A DNA stretch of 63,923 nucleotides, counting the filler, from Olpidium bornovanus S191 (taxonomy: Eukaryota; Fungi; Olpidiomycota): assembly GCA_017911155.1 (NCBI GenBank). It is 30 parts of 30 records of this genome, joined end to end, with 100 filler letters (N's around TTAATTAATTAA, not from the genome) between each part and the next. Parts side by side here need not be neighbours in the genome. Positions count along the whole stretch, not along the records: positions 37,107 to 38,766 come from JAEFCI010000927.1; positions 38,867 to 40,673 come from JAEFCI010007810.1; positions 40,774 to 42,462 come from JAEFCI010004898.1; positions 42,563 to 43,991 come from JAEFCI010002117.1; positions 44,092 to 47,928 come from JAEFCI010007472.1; positions 48,029 to 49,208 come from JAEFCI010013113.1; positions 49,309 to 51,538 come from JAEFCI010000893.1; 23 more parts are not named here. One strand, 5' to 3'. The position numbers and the translations under genes were made by a program. The notes under the pieces were generated by a model. That model was given only the letters and a program-made list of their open reading frames with translations, ran no database searches and was not told the origin of the DNA. This document shows, piece by piece, positions 38,227-50,832 of the stretch. Position 1 is the first letter of the stretch. The number at the start of each line of letters is the position of its first letter.

Positions 38227-38766
38227 TCACTCCTCGTCCCAATCCTGCTGCTGTTTTGGGGGTTTGGGACCACCGGCCGGCTTGGACATAATGATCTAAA
38301 AAAGGAAAAGCGGACATGTCAGGAGGCCGCGCACTCTTTCGCAACAATCTGCGGAAACAGCGTATACTCAAGAGGCTCGCAGCAAACGCATGCCGGTGAA
38401 CCGACCTGGTCGACTCGGAGGATTGTGAGTGCAACGTCGGTCGCGAGCTTCATAGCCCAGTATTTCGAGGCGAGCACATCGAAAATTCCGCGCTGCACGG
38501 CGTCGAGAGGGCCGTTGTTTGCGCTCTGCGGAAACGCAGTCAGTTTACCATTCTCACGTGAGCGGTGGAAACGTGCAGCGGCCAAAATTCAGCAGATGGA
38601 TGACATATTAATCACCCACCTCGATGTCCACGCCAACGCACGCGCTGTTCTCTTTCTGATGGGCGGCGTACAGCAGCGAGAGCACCTCGGTCGAATTCAT
38701 ACCCGCATTGTCGGCAAGAGTGCGTGGCACGACCTCGAAGGCGGTGGCATACTGCTTGATGGCATG
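38227..38766 (-). CDS. CCT8: T-complex protein 1 subunit theta, C-terminal exons
   Basis: AIKQYATAFEVVPRTLADNAG, IFDVLASKYWAMKLATDVALTILRVDQ-IIMSKPAGGPKPP..DWDEE*. Exons 38766-38620, 38525-38406, 38295-38227. Confidence 0.94.
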
Positions 38767-39641
38767 NNNNNNNNNNNNNNNNNNNNNNNNNNNNNNNNNN
38801 NNNNNNNNNNTTAATTAATTAANNNNNNNNNNNNNNNNNNNNNNNNNNNNNNNNNNNNNNNNNNNNCATGTCTTTACAGCCAATGCCACAGCTTTCACAG
38901 TCCAAGTCCTGAAGTGCCACGTCGAAGACCTTGTACCAACGTGTCCCAAAGGAGCCCGCTCAAGATTGTATAACCGCAAAAGAGCAGCGTGAAATCCAAA
39001 ATAACGGGAAAAAAAAGGGAAGCCACGGTGAAGGTTTTGTGCACAAAGCAACAAAAAGAAAAGACGTCGGCAAGGGCGGGGGAGTGGGAGAGGGGGTGGC
39101 AAGCAACATGGTTTGTGCAAGTTTCTGAGCATCACCGCAAGGTGTGTTTCTGATTCATTATGCGCTCACGCAATCCCAACCTGAAGGTGCTGGGCTTTCT
39201 TTGAGCGCTTTTCCAGCGCCAGAGCCGATCGTGCGTTTTCCCTCACCCCACATCCCAAAAAGAAGAAAAATTGTTTGCGTCTGGCTTGCGCGAGGCGTCG
39301 TCGGAGCAAGCCCGCGGCGAAGCGTACCCGGCGTCGTGAAACATCCCCGACTTGCGCCGGGGGCGTGTCTCGGCGAAAACTTCCCGGCGGCGAGGTCGGA
39401 GCAGAGGGGCCAGAGCGCGGTTAGGCTGAGCCCCGGGGCGCCAACGCTGTTTCCACCGGACGGACGTCCGCGGAAAGGTGGAGTGGCGGCGCATGCGGGC
39501 TGCCAGCAATTTGCTCACTCTGCCCTGTTCTAAAACCACGCTCACTTCTGTCGATAGCCCGTCGGTCGAATTCGTGGCTTCCCCGTAGGAGGGGCGGAGG
39601 AGGTGGCAGGTGTGGAGGGTGCAACGCCGCGGTCTGTGAAG

Positions 39642-40639
39642 ATGGCGTCGGTTATCCAACAATACGTAGGTGAGGAAGCTCGCTTCCCCGGACGCGCGAG
39701 CTTTGCGGAGTTTGCATCCGTCGATGGCTCTAGTCACTTCCAGGAGTCGAGATAGCGCGGAACGATGGCCAAAGCCCTGTCCCTGACCTCTCCACCTCCA
39801 TCGCGCACGCGCAGACAAGGCTTGCGACCCGTCGCTCTATCAGGCCGATTTGGCCCTGAACATGGAGATCTGCGACATTATAAACAACAAGGAAACGTCC
39901 TAGTAAGCTTTCCAGCGCTACCGAGTACAGAGATAAATCGTTTACGCTGTTGGCGGGCATCTGATTGCGGAGTCGACCGTTGTGGATATGATCTAAACTG
40001 CCGTCTCAGCCCTCGCGAAGCCGCGGTGGCCATCGTCCGCCTGGTCAACCACAGGAACCAGAACGTTGGGCTTTTAGCGCTCTCGGTACGTGCCAATAGC
40101 CTCCTGTAACCGTACAAAGTTTAATATCCACTCGCCAATATGGCTGACGTCCGAGCCTCGTTTCACAGCTCCTCGATAATTGCGTAAAAAATTGCGGCTA
40201 TCCATTCCACTTGCAAATAAGTACCAAGGAGTTTCTGAACGAGCTTGTCAAAAAATTTCCAGGGCGACCACCGGTACGCGCGAATTTTGAGTATCCACAC
40301 GCAGAATCTCTGCCGTTGCCACATGTGTCGAGGAATACTTAAGGGCGAAATGTTACTGCCGCAGTCGGTTATGACACCCGTCCAACGTCGGATTCTCGAG
40401 TTGATTCAGGAGTGGCAAAGCACCATTGCACAGACGTCGCCGTACAAAGAAGACCTCCGTCACATTGATGACATGTATCGATTGTTGTCGTATAAAGGTA
40501 TATTATGTCCCGTTTCGGCGGCGCTCGTCGGGTTGCAAGTCAGATTTGCAACCATGGCCACCATTGTCGCCGCATTGGTGCAGGGTACACCTTTCCGCGC
40601 GTCAGCCAAACTGCCAATGCCGTCTTGGCGCCGTCACAG
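39642..40639 (+). CDS. GGA2: GGA clathrin adaptor, VHS domain, 3'-truncated
   Basis: Exons 39642-39669, 39815-39902, 40010-40085, 40169-40273, 40365-40497, 40584-40639. They give KACDPSL..DLALNMEICDIIN, PREAAVAIVRLVN, LLDNCVKNCGYPFHLQISTKEFLNELVKKFP, YRLLSYKGYTFP. Confidence 0.93.
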
Positions 40640-40856
40640 GTATGTTAGCTCGATAGGTGAAGGCTGAAATGAANNNNNNNNNNNNNNNNNNNNNNNNNNN
40701 NNNNNNNNNNNNNNNNNTTAATTAATTAANNNNNNNNNNNNNNNNNNNNNNNNNNNNNNNNNNNNNNNNNNNNCATGAGGCTTCTCCTGCAGATTTTGCT
40801 GCAGCACGTCGTGCAAGATCCCGCTGTAGAATTATTCGCTTCAGGTGAAACCATAG

Positions 40857-42462
40857 ATGTCGAACACCCTGCATGCTGGCGCTCCCTCCGAGGTAGCGAT
40901 TAGTCTCGCCGAGGCGTGTAGTGAATATCCATCCTCCCGCCGGCGAGAACGGTCCGCGAAAGGTGACGACCGGTATGTGATCCTTCGCGAGCCTTTCAGG
41001 ACTTTTCTTACCGGGCAGAAGCATCCCGACGCCCGAACTCTCGCGGCACCCGCAAACCTGAGACTTTCCTCAGACCGCCAAAGGTGTCCGCTCGCCTGCA
41101 GCCTGCTTGGCCTGCCGCGCCGCGGCCGGGAAAGCACCTCGCCGCCGGGAGCGCGGCCCTGGTTGCGGAGAACGAAAGCGGTCCTTCCCCACGCCGGGAA
41201 GCGCAGCTTGGCGGTCTCCCGCGCCCTCGGCCGCGCACTCCGCACAAGCCGCTCAAGGACATGGGGCCAGGCGCCACCCGGCCGGCTCTCTCGCGCTCTT
41301 CGGTCCGCTTGGACCAGGAGCTCCGCGCCATCGCGGATGCGATCCTGGCCGAGTTTGTGCGCCCGTGGTTTTCCACATTTTCGGACGATCAGGAGTTTTA
41401 CGCGGAAGTCATCGGGTGCGTGGCCTACGCGCTTCGCGAGGTCGAGAAGCGGTGCAAGAAGGTGAGCAACGGCGCGGCCGTCCGCCCCGTCCTCCCTGCG
41501 TTAGATAGCGAAGTTTACGGCCGGCTCGGCTAATGACACACGAAGGAAATACGCATCGTTCACCGATGTGCGCCTGCGCTCGTTGCAACCGGTGCCTGGG
41601 AAGGCTGATTTCGTTTCGCTCCTTGCGCGGGACGTCCCTAACCTCCTTCAACAACACTACGCGGACTACCGGCGATGTCGGTCAGCAATCGGCTCGTCGC
41701 TATCCGGACACCGGTCTGTGGAGGAGCTGTTCCTTGGCCTTCGACCACACTTTGCCCTGGCGGGCAGTGTGACTGAAAATAGAGAAGAGGAATATGTGCG
41801 CCAGCTGTCAGATTCCCTGCTGCTTGTTCTTCTGCCATTGGAGGAGTACACCTCGGAATGCACCAGGTATCTGCTAAGGGAGATTGTCGGCCGGCGCGTT
41901 CTGCTCAGCCTGGTTGACATGCTGAGCGAACCAGACTTCGTCAACGAACTCGTTGTGAAGGTGAGCCATATTTTACGACCGCGGTTGGCTGCGGCGATTT
42001 AAATACAAATTCTGGCACGGCCACTTGCACCTAACTCTGCAAAATTTTTTCGGTCCCAAGCTGTTTCCTACAGATTCTGAAGCAATTATCCAGAACGTAG
42101 TGGAAACGGAAGAGGAGTCTGAGATGGGGATCAGGGCCGATGATGACCGCTACCAATTGGCGTCTCTCAAACCTGGTAGGACGCCGAGGACTTTTACCGA
42201 AAACGGATCTTCATCAAGCCGACGTATGCCATCACTTAAAGGGAAAAGTTCCACTTCGTCAAACTCCTCGGACGCGGGAACACGTCCGCTGGTAGCTCAA
42301 GCAACGAGCCTCGACGCCCGACGACATGCTGAGGTTACCGCCATGAGGCCCGTTTCAAGCAATTCCCAGAATTTTCGCCGAACGGCTCGGACTGGCGTAG
42401 ATTCATCGTACAGCAACATTGGTGCAAAGCTGAAGAGTTCTTCCAGTAGTCAATTTGCGCCG
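40857..42462 (+). CDS. PXA-domain sorting nexin (Mdm1/SNX13-14-19-25 family), partial
   Basis: LDQELRAIADAILAEFVRPWFSTFSDDQEF, PHFAL..EEEYVRQLSDSLLLVLLP..E..SECTRYLLREIV..VL..LVDMLSEPDFVN. Donors at 41462 and 41961; the start is uncertain. Confidence 0.78.
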
Positions 42463-43250
42463 NNNNNNNNNNNNNNNNNNNNNNNNNNNNNNNNNNNNNN
42501 NNNNNNTTAATTAATTAANNNNNNNNNNNNNNNNNNNNNNNNNNNNNNNNNNNNNNNNNNNNCCTCCTTCCCGACACAACCCCAAGGCCACATCGAGCCC
42601 TCGATGAAACAAGGCCAAACCGCCCGAGAACAAGGGCAGCTGCATCTCTTCTGCCTGTGCGGCGGCCGGTGTCGAGGAATATGAACCCTCCCTCAAGGGG
42701 TGGCAGGGGGATGGGATGGCTGGGGCCCTTGCTGGGTGCTGCGCGCAATTCCTCACGATCCAATCCCCGCAACATCGACCAAGCAATGGCAGTGGGGCAA
42801 AAACACAACCTGGAGGCGAAGCAGACGTGATGTGTACACGACGATGTCGGTACAGATACCAGGGAGAGGTTCGCGCGACATTGATTTATTTTTGCAGAAG
42901 GAGCTCGTGTTGGCTGTCTTGTGATATTTTTCGGTGATGTCGCGTTGGTGACTGCCAATATATCAATGACATATCTGGGGGGTTTGTCTCGCGCTGACTA
43001 CAACCAAAACCGGCACCCGCAGTCGACTAACGCGCACCGTCAAACGGGCGTCTACCGTCTTTGTTTCAAGTTTCGGACGGTCCTCGTCGCCCGGCCTGTC
43101 TGCCGTGGACATCCCTCACCCGCTTCCCGCAGTCTAAAGCACCCGCGATTGAGGCCGCCAGGATCTGCAAAATAGTTTATAATTCACAGCCCCTTCGCGT
43201 TTTGGGTTCCTTCAGCGTCTGCACAACCAAGGCCGCTGCGCGACATCGAC

Positions 43251-43991
43251 TTATGTCATTTTAAGTTGGGATTTAGCTTCCAGTTTCATGCGGTATGGCA
43301 AGGCCACGCACTTTCCGTCCTCGTTGAGTTGTTGTCCTGTCCACTTTCTGCCGGAAAGACGGGCGGGGAGGCAGATGGGCTTCACGTTTTTGTCACCAAA
43401 CAGAAACACTTGAGACGCTATTCTTTTTTTCTTGTTTTTCACCACCGCGCTCTTGTTGTCGTCGTACTCGAGCAACTCGTAGCACGCCTTTTTGTACGCT
43501 TCGCTCTCGACTATGGTGTTTTTCAGGATTGTCACGCAACCGGCCTTTTTCGCTCTCCAGATGTACAGGTTCGGCGAACGGGGGATTTCGAAGTCGGCTT
43601 TCTGCTTATTGTATTCGATAACGATTATGCTCACGAAAGAAAGCCTCTTCGAGGACCCTGTAGAATTTTGCGGAGTCCAGCGTCACGCTAGGGTTCCCGA
43701 AATCGGATGTGATCTCGTCCAACGTGCTGTAAGGGTTTTCTTGTTTGGCCAGCCACGGGTTGAACTTGTGCGTTTTTCTGAATTCGACAGGATCAGCGTC
43801 GAGTTTGAGGCCTTTGATCACGCAGCGGAGGAACGAGGACGCGTCCTGCTTCACTCCCACCCTCTTCACACCCTTCAAGGTGGAGAGCAGAGTTTGGATC
43901 CGGACGCCGCCCTTCCCCTCGTCTCCTTCTTCTAGTTTCCTGCGCTCTGCTGCTATACAGCAGCCCGGCATTTGTGGCTCACCAGTTCGCG
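43251..43991 (-). pseudogene. Giant-virus (Nucleocytoviricota) early transcription factor large subunit-like fragment, frameshifted
   Basis: Two overlapping intronless ORFs join by removing one base at ~43635: PGCC..RKLEEGDEG..LL..VKRVGVKQDASSFLRCV..AKQE..TLDEI..NPSVTLDSAKFYRVLEEAF/FVSIIVIEY..FEIPR..CVTILK..CYELL..QQLNEDGKCVAL. The motif order matches A7L-like VETF-L of irido/marseille/pithoviruses as I remember it; not searched. Confidence 0.65.
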
Positions 43992-44550
43992 NNNNNNNNN
44001 NNNNNNNNNNNNNNNNNNNNNNNNNNNNNNNNNNNTTAATTAATTAANNNNNNNNNNNNNNNNNNNNNNNNNNNNNNNNNNNNNNNNNNNNCATGCAAAG
44101 TAATGGGCAACTCAGCGGGAACGGGAAATGCGGTCACGGCGAAACGTGTAAGCAAAAGCTGCAACCTGCAGGTGTAGAAAGGGGGTTCGTCGTGGAAATG
44201 GTCGGTGGAATACGAAAGAAAGAAACGACGACAACAACAAAAAAAGTGTCGGTGGACGTGGAAGGTATAAATGCGCAATGCAAGTCGAGGTGACTTGTAT
44301 GAGACGGGCTGAGATGGGGGGAGGGAGGTTATGGGTAGGGGAAATCGAAAAGGGTGTGACGTAAAGAAAAAAAAAAAACTATGCAGGGTAATGTGAGCAA
44401 AATAAAAAAAGTGTGCTGTTTGGGTTTCGGCGGAGGGAACAACCCGCCCCCCCCCCCGCCTTGAACGTGCGCGAGCGTGGGCAGGTGCGAGGAAACAGTG
44501 CAGGGGGACACGATATGAAATAATGGTTGGGTGTGGAAGAGGCTCCGCGG

Positions 44551-47169
44551 TCAATTCGCCGCCTTGTTCGCGGAATTCGCGCGCGTCGTTTTCGGCCCGT
44601 TCATTCGCGCCGCGGGTGGGCTCTCGCATGATTCGGCTTTGCTGGCGTCCGCGGCCGCGCTTGAAACGCTGTCGGACGACGGCGATGAGAGCGTCGTCGA
44701 CGTCTGCATCGAGGACGACGACGACGACGACGACGAAGACAGCGACAGCGACATCGACAACGGCAACGGCAACGGTTTCTCCTGCTCGGCCGCCCGAGGA
44801 CGGCAGCGCGCGGTGTCGCCGGTTCCGCAGAACTCGAACGTGCTGACGGCGAAGCGCGGCGACTGGGTGCCGGTGTTGTGCTGGGCGGTTCCTGGCGCAG
44901 CCGAGGTCCTAAAACAGCCGCCCGGCCCGGCGAGTCCGGAAGAGATCGCATACGGAGTCGATGGCCACTGTTGTCGAGCGTGCGACTGCTGCTGCTGCTT
45001 GAGTTGTTGTTGACTGACATCCGGAGCTTGCCATATGGGGCTCTCTGTACCGCCGCCGCTCGCTGTGCCTTCGAGAGTCTGACTGTCCCTCACCCAGGGC
45101 CCGCACGAGACGCCTTCATGAGCCGCGGGCGAAGACGGCAAGCCGGCTTGAGACACGCCTGCCATGACGGCTCTAGTCATCTGGAAGCCTAGGCGGCGGT
45201 GAAGCTGGGGGCCGTTGTAGGGGACCGGCGGGGGGCTGAGGGGGCCATTGGGGATGTACAGAGAGCTGCTAGGAACGGCAAGCAACGAAGGAAATGCATG
45301 CTGTTGGGGTGGCTGCTGCTGGGGAGGCTGCTGCTGTCGGACGCCGAGTGGGTTTTTCGAATAGGAAAGGCGGACCCCGTTCTTGACGGAATTGGCGAGC
45401 ATGATCCCCTGGAGATCATGGAGAGCTGTAGATGGATAACGAACGCGGGGTCACGTGGTGCCTGTTCGCTAGAACTACCCGCCTCTCGGCGCACCACAAA
45501 GGAACGGCGGAGGACCCCTTCACTCGGTTTACCTTGTGTAGAGCACACGACGTCGTCGAACTCCACAAAACACATCGGGCCGTTGGCTTTCGGCTTGAAG
45601 CACATTCTCTTGTAGCCGCGGCGCCTGGAAAAGAGCAGACACAGCTCCTCCTCGTTTGTGTTGAGCGGCAGGTTTCCGACGTACAGGGTGTTGCAAGGCG
45701 GATTCTGGTCGCCGGGGTTCGTCGACGACGGGTTGAAACTCGGAGAGAGCGCCGTTCCCGCCGCGGAAGTCCCCAGCGGCGCGTACGCGCCAGAAACGTT
45801 CAGAGGACCGTTCGCAGCCGCGGTGTTGATCGACAGGTGCTCGAACCGAGCGGAGTGACTTCCGTCTACGAGGCCGGCCGCCGAGAGCGGCTGCGGCGGG
45901 GGAGACGTCGCATCCGACGAACAAAGGTCGCTCGCCACAGAGGGCCCGGCGGAATGGCCCTCGTAACCGGCCGAACGGCGCAAACCAGCGGCGCCGCTTG
46001 CGAACACGGAGGAGTGGAAGCTCTGGGTCTCGTTGGGCGGAGCGGACTGGAGCGCCGATCCTAAATCGGAAAGTGGCCCGCCCTCTGCCGCGCCGGATGA
46101 CCATAATTCTTGCGGGGTCGACACTGGAGCGTCTTGGAGGAGCGGCGGCCCCACCGGTTCAAGGCGCGTGATGCGCGGAGCCGAGAACTGGGCATTGATT
46201 GACGGTCGCCTTCGCCGGAGGAGCTGGTGATCACCGTAATCGCTGCTGTCGGAGGAGTTCTCCTGGTTTGGCTTCCACAAGCCGCGCAGCGAGTCGCTCG
46301 GCAAACCGAAGTAGTCAGGCGCATCGGCGGAGGCGCTGGACGCGGTCGGCTCACTCTCGGATCCAACGACCGCGTTGGGATCCGTTGAGGCCGCGCAGAG
46401 GTTGGCCGGCAGACCGCACGCGCGATCCGTGCCGGGATCTTGCGGCGACATCAGCAAACCGGACGGCAGAGACGCACTGCAGGTGGCCGGGAAAGAACAG
46501 AAAGCGTCGCACATCACCGGCGGGCAGATGATCGAGGGCAACGGTTGGAACGACTGTTTCCTGGTCACAGCCGGGGAGATCAACGGCGAGCCGCCCTGCA
46601 TGTGCGGCGCAGCCCACGGCGCGGGAGAGAACGCCGACGAAAAGTACTGCTCGTTGGAGAGCCCACGCTTGGTGTGGAGGTTCTTCTTCGCCATTTCGGC
46701 CTTCAGGACGGATCCCTTTTCCGCGTCCACCTTCCGACCGCTAAGGACGTCGCGGGCCTCAAGTGCGTCCAGCCTTGTTCGAAACTTCGCAAATCCGATC
46801 TGATATTTTAGTGCACCAGGTTCAGGATAGTCAGTGTTCGTCCCGAGTTCGACTCACCGCTCGGCATCCGAGGTCAGGTCCGGCCTCTTCCGCAGCCTGT
46901 GGAGGACGGATTTTCGGACCACTTACGATTTGCTTTCTGGGGTTGGCCATCGAGCCGCTGAGTGGATCAACATCTTCCGCGGAAAATGTCGGGATCTTCA
47001 GGGTGGCCGCCTCAAAACCGACGCAGAACACGAACATGTTCTGGAATTCGCGTTCCTGCATGTCTTCGGGAAACCCGACGACGAATATTGTGCTAGAAAA
47101 GCGGAATGTCAATAGCCGGATAATCGTCTTTCCCCGTGCCGGTGCCCTGCGACCCTTGCACCCCCCCCC

Positions 47170-47215
<46 letters not shown>

Positions 47216-47546
47216 ACCCCCCCCCCCCTCCTCCTCCTCCTCCCCACGCTCGCAAATCAACAAACACCGCAGTGCTTGAACAGCGTCGACCGCAGCGCCG
47301 GCCGAAGCCGCGGTTTCGCCAGGCGCCAACGCGCCCTCGAGGCACTCACGATATCTCCTCTCCGTTGACAGCCACGTTCGCGCTTCCGTAGCCGTTGCCC
47401 AGCAGCGCCTGCGGGGCGATCGTGGTCATCGAGACGGAGTGAACGCCGGTGGCCGCTCCCGAAGGGGCGAGCCGTTGGGCGACGGCGCCGGGCCGCGCCC
47501 ACGGCGCGGACGCGCTGTAATCGGGGGGTAGCGGCGACGCGAGCAT
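44551..47546 (-). CDS. WHI3: Whi3/Whi4/Scw1-type two-RRM RNA-binding protein
   Basis: Exons 47546-47350, 47092-46927, 46799-45533, 45425-44551. EEIS-TIFVVGFPEDMQEREFQNMF, GFAKF, KGSVLKAEMAKKNLHTKRG, DQNPPCNTLYVGNLP, GPMCFVEF, GVRLSYSKNPLGVR. Confidence 0.88.
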
Positions 47547-47850
47547 GGCCCTTCCCCCGCGGGAGCGCCGGGAACGGGGAGGGGGGAGGGGGGGGAGGAC
47601 GACCTCGCGAGGCAGACGCGGTCTCCGCCGAAAACAGGCTGAGCCAACTGCGAGCGGCCCTGATCGCGCGTGCGCGCCGCTGTCCCCCGCGAGCTCAACC
47701 CCACAGAACGACGGACGGAATCCGCGGCGGCGACCGCGGGGGGGGGGGCCGATGGGAAGGGGGGGGGAGGGGGAGGGGGGGTGAAGCGGGGGGCGCGCGC
47801 GCTCGCGCAGTTTTTTGGTCGGCGCGCGGAGGGCGGGAAAAGAGAGAAGA

Positions 47851-47915
<65 letters not shown>

Positions 47916-48052
47916 GGGGGGGGGGCGCNNNNNNNNNNNNNNNNNNNNNNNNNNNNNNNNNNNNNNNNNNNNTTAATTAATTAANNNNNNNNNNNNNNNN
48001 NNNNNNNNNNNNNNNNNNNNNNNNNNNNGGCAAAAAAAAAAACTCGGGAGAA

Positions 48053-49208
48053 TCATTTGACAAAGCAGTCGTGCACCGCCCGCATTTCGGCGTAGTCACC
48101 GAACCGGACGCACCGCCGCCGAGCGGGCACGGTCGGCGCAGCCGGCATGCGTATCCTGCCGATGTAAGGCGATGGCGCATGTGACGAGTTCTGCAACGTA
48201 GCGAACAGACAAAAAAAAAAATAAACAGTAAGCTCCCTCACTCCCTCCAGCCCGGAAAGCAAGCAGTCGGCCAAAAGAAAAGCGCTCACGTTTCCTGCTG
48301 CTGCTGCCGCCTTGGCCCGATGCTTCCCCATCTCGTCCCTGAGTATCTCGCCGCGCCGGAAAAGCGAATCCATTACCGACACGTGCACGTGATGCTGGTA
48401 GTCTGGGGAGAGCTTCAAGCTGCGCCAGGCGGGTCTTCTGGCGCCGTCCGCCGAAACGGACGCGGAAAGGTCCACGACTTTTATCGAACCGCTCGCAGAC
48501 CATATGTCCTTTTGCGCGTCGTGGTGAAAAGCAGCGGCGTCAGGCCAGTATGCTCGTCCTGGGGGAAAGTTGGTACGAGGAGACGTCGCAGATAGGATTT
48601 ACCTTAAGCAGCGTGGTGACTTCCGTTGCCGTTTTGGTTATCTTCTCCTTGTCGTTATGCACAAGCGGTGCTGTGGAGGTGATGTCGACGACATCTTGAC
48701 GGCAAATTCGGCTCCGAAGCGCGTTGTTTTCCGACCGGAGATACCGGACTGCATGTTTCAAATGCTCGACCTTGACCCAACAAAATAGGCCTCAGAAATC
48801 GTCTCATAATCGCGGTAGCGCAAAGATGCACACCCTTTGATCGCGCATTACCTCTAAAGCAACATTATGAAGTCCTTGCCCTTCGTCGGAAGTAAGTTCT
48901 CCCGTAATATCTCCAGAGTTGCTTTTCCGCAGAGAACCGAGGGTTACTGGCGGACGATTAGGAAAAAGGAAAACAGTAAAAAAAAAAAAAAAATTGACAC
49001 TTCAAGTTTCATCATCGCTATCCCGTGTTGGCGTTTCGCCAGGCACTGACCAGCCTTCTCTCCCTGCCGCAGCATTTTCTTTAACTGCATGTTTTCGCTC
49101 TCCAGAGTCTCCACCTCCGATTGCAAGTTATCGACCGCCTCCTCCAGATTCTTTTGCTGTCGCCTCAGGTTTTCGATCTCCGTCTCCTGGTGAACCACGG
49201 CGTCCGCC
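48053..49208 (-). CDS. DCTN1: Probable dynactin p150Glued C-terminal region, 5'-truncated
   Basis: Coiled coil ETEIENLRRQQKNLEEAVDNLQSEVETLESEN, then HLKHAVRYLRSENNAL, AWRSLKLSPDYQ, and terminal YIGRIRMP..RAVHDCFVK*. This matches the fungal ro-3/NudM C-terminal pattern as I remember it. Confidence 0.6.
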
Positions 49209-49308
49209 NNNNNNNNNNNNNNNNNNNNNNNNNNNNNNNNNNNNNNNNNNNNTTAATTAATTAANNNNNNNNNNNNNNNNNNNNNNNNNNNNNNNNNNNN
49301 NNNNNNNN

Positions 49309-50832
49309 CATGAAGCTGAGGCGCGAGATGAAGAAGCACGAGGCCGGCGACGTGCTGCGCAATTTCGTCAGCGAGGTCCACGACGTGTCCAAGCTAATGC
49401 GGATCATCAAGAAGTACAGGTTTTCTGGTAATAAATAACTTTACACCCCCCCGCTGCCCTCCGTTTTTCAACCTGCGCTACTGGCCGTTCCGGCCGTTAC
49501 GGGCTAAGGGCCGTTTGGCATTTTGCGACCGGGCCTGCTTTTCACGAGCGAAAACTTTTCTGAAGTGGGGAGGCGAGAGGCGGGGAGTGGAACGTGATGG
49601 AATGAGGACCGTTCATACTGACAATGCGTTCGGGATCCTGTTCGATGGTCGCAGTCGTCAAAGCTCAGAGGATCGTGCGGGAATACCTGAAAGTTCGAAA
49701 AGCGCAGTTGAAGCTGTTGATGCTCCAGTGGGACAAGCTGGAACCCTTCTGGTGGCAGGAGCGGAAGGGGAAAACCGAAAACAAAGGGCTCGTGAAAGAG
49801 GAGCCCAAAAACAGGCGGTACGGGGGCGCCCGGTCGTTCCGGGTTTCGCGAAATTCCCGGGAGATGGAAAGAAAAAAAATACAGATTTTGGGCGGAAGCG
49901 GCGTGAGGTAGCTGTGGCGTCAGGCGCGCCCGCGCGGCTGAAAATGCAAGAACGATCCCGAACGACAGGGCAAAAGGAGGGGCGGGCAGAAAAGGCGAAG
50001 ACTCTAAAGTGCCGCTTCGAATTCCCGAGTACGTTTTTTTGTGTTTCATCTGATAAATTCCCCCTCCCCTTCTTCCCTCCCCGTCCCCGTGTGCGCGCGC
50101 ACGCGCGTCCTTCGGGGGGAAAGGGGAGGAGAGGAGAGTGGGGGGGCGTGGTTGGCTGCGGTGTGTATTGCTTCTTAGAAACAAAAGTCCAGTTCCGTAA
50201 AGGCAAAGATAATTTTGGACGACTTCCTGCAACGGAGGAAGAAGTACCGAAAAGACCTCGGCGAGTACAAGTTGCAGATGGAGGCGTATCACAAAACGGC
50301 GAGGGGAAAAAAAAACAATAGAAAAAAAAAAGAAGAAAAAAGAAAAATCCGGGTACCCCCTAAAATGCCGCGGCTCAAATTTCCGAGTTTTGGGGGCCGT
50401 TCTGTCTAAATGGTCCCCCTTTTATTTTTTTTTTCTTTTACGCGGGCTGCCCAGTTTTACGTAGGCAACGACAAGAAGAAATCCGAAACGGGCGCCCAGC
50501 CCAGAGCGGGCGCAGAGGCCGCTACGGCATCGCAAGGTTATTTTTTTTCCGTTTGTTTTTCACCTTTATTATTTTCTTTTTTTCTTTTTTTTGTTTGTTA
50601 GTTTTACGCCTGCGGAACGTTTTGTTCTTCTCGGCCCAAAAATCGCTGCTGTTCCGGGCGATATTTGACGGATTCCGTTTTTCTTTTCTTTTTTTCCTTT
50701 TTTTTTTTTTACCCGACCGCTGCAGATTACGGCACACCGAAACGGCCCACGTGGTTCACGCTCCTCACGCAGGAACAGCTGTTCTCTCTGATCGCAAAAG
50801 CGGTGCTGGAAACCACGCGCTTCTCCGAGTGA
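49309..50832 (+). CDS. Uncharacterised multi-exon basic helical protein, 5'-truncated
   Basis: Exon-like frames KLRREMKKHEAGDVLRNFVSEV..RIIKKYR, VVKAQRIVREYLKVRKAQLKLLMLQWDKLE, LDDFLQRRKKYRKDL, and last exon YGTPKRPTWFTLLTQEQLFSLIAKAV..SE*. They are separated by T/A-run introns. Confidence 0.5.

Noticed and set aside
43251-43971. Reading the two ORFs as separate host genes or as ORC2-like
   Set aside because: No ORC2 motifs are present, and the peptide reads continuously across the frameshift in the viral-like motif order.
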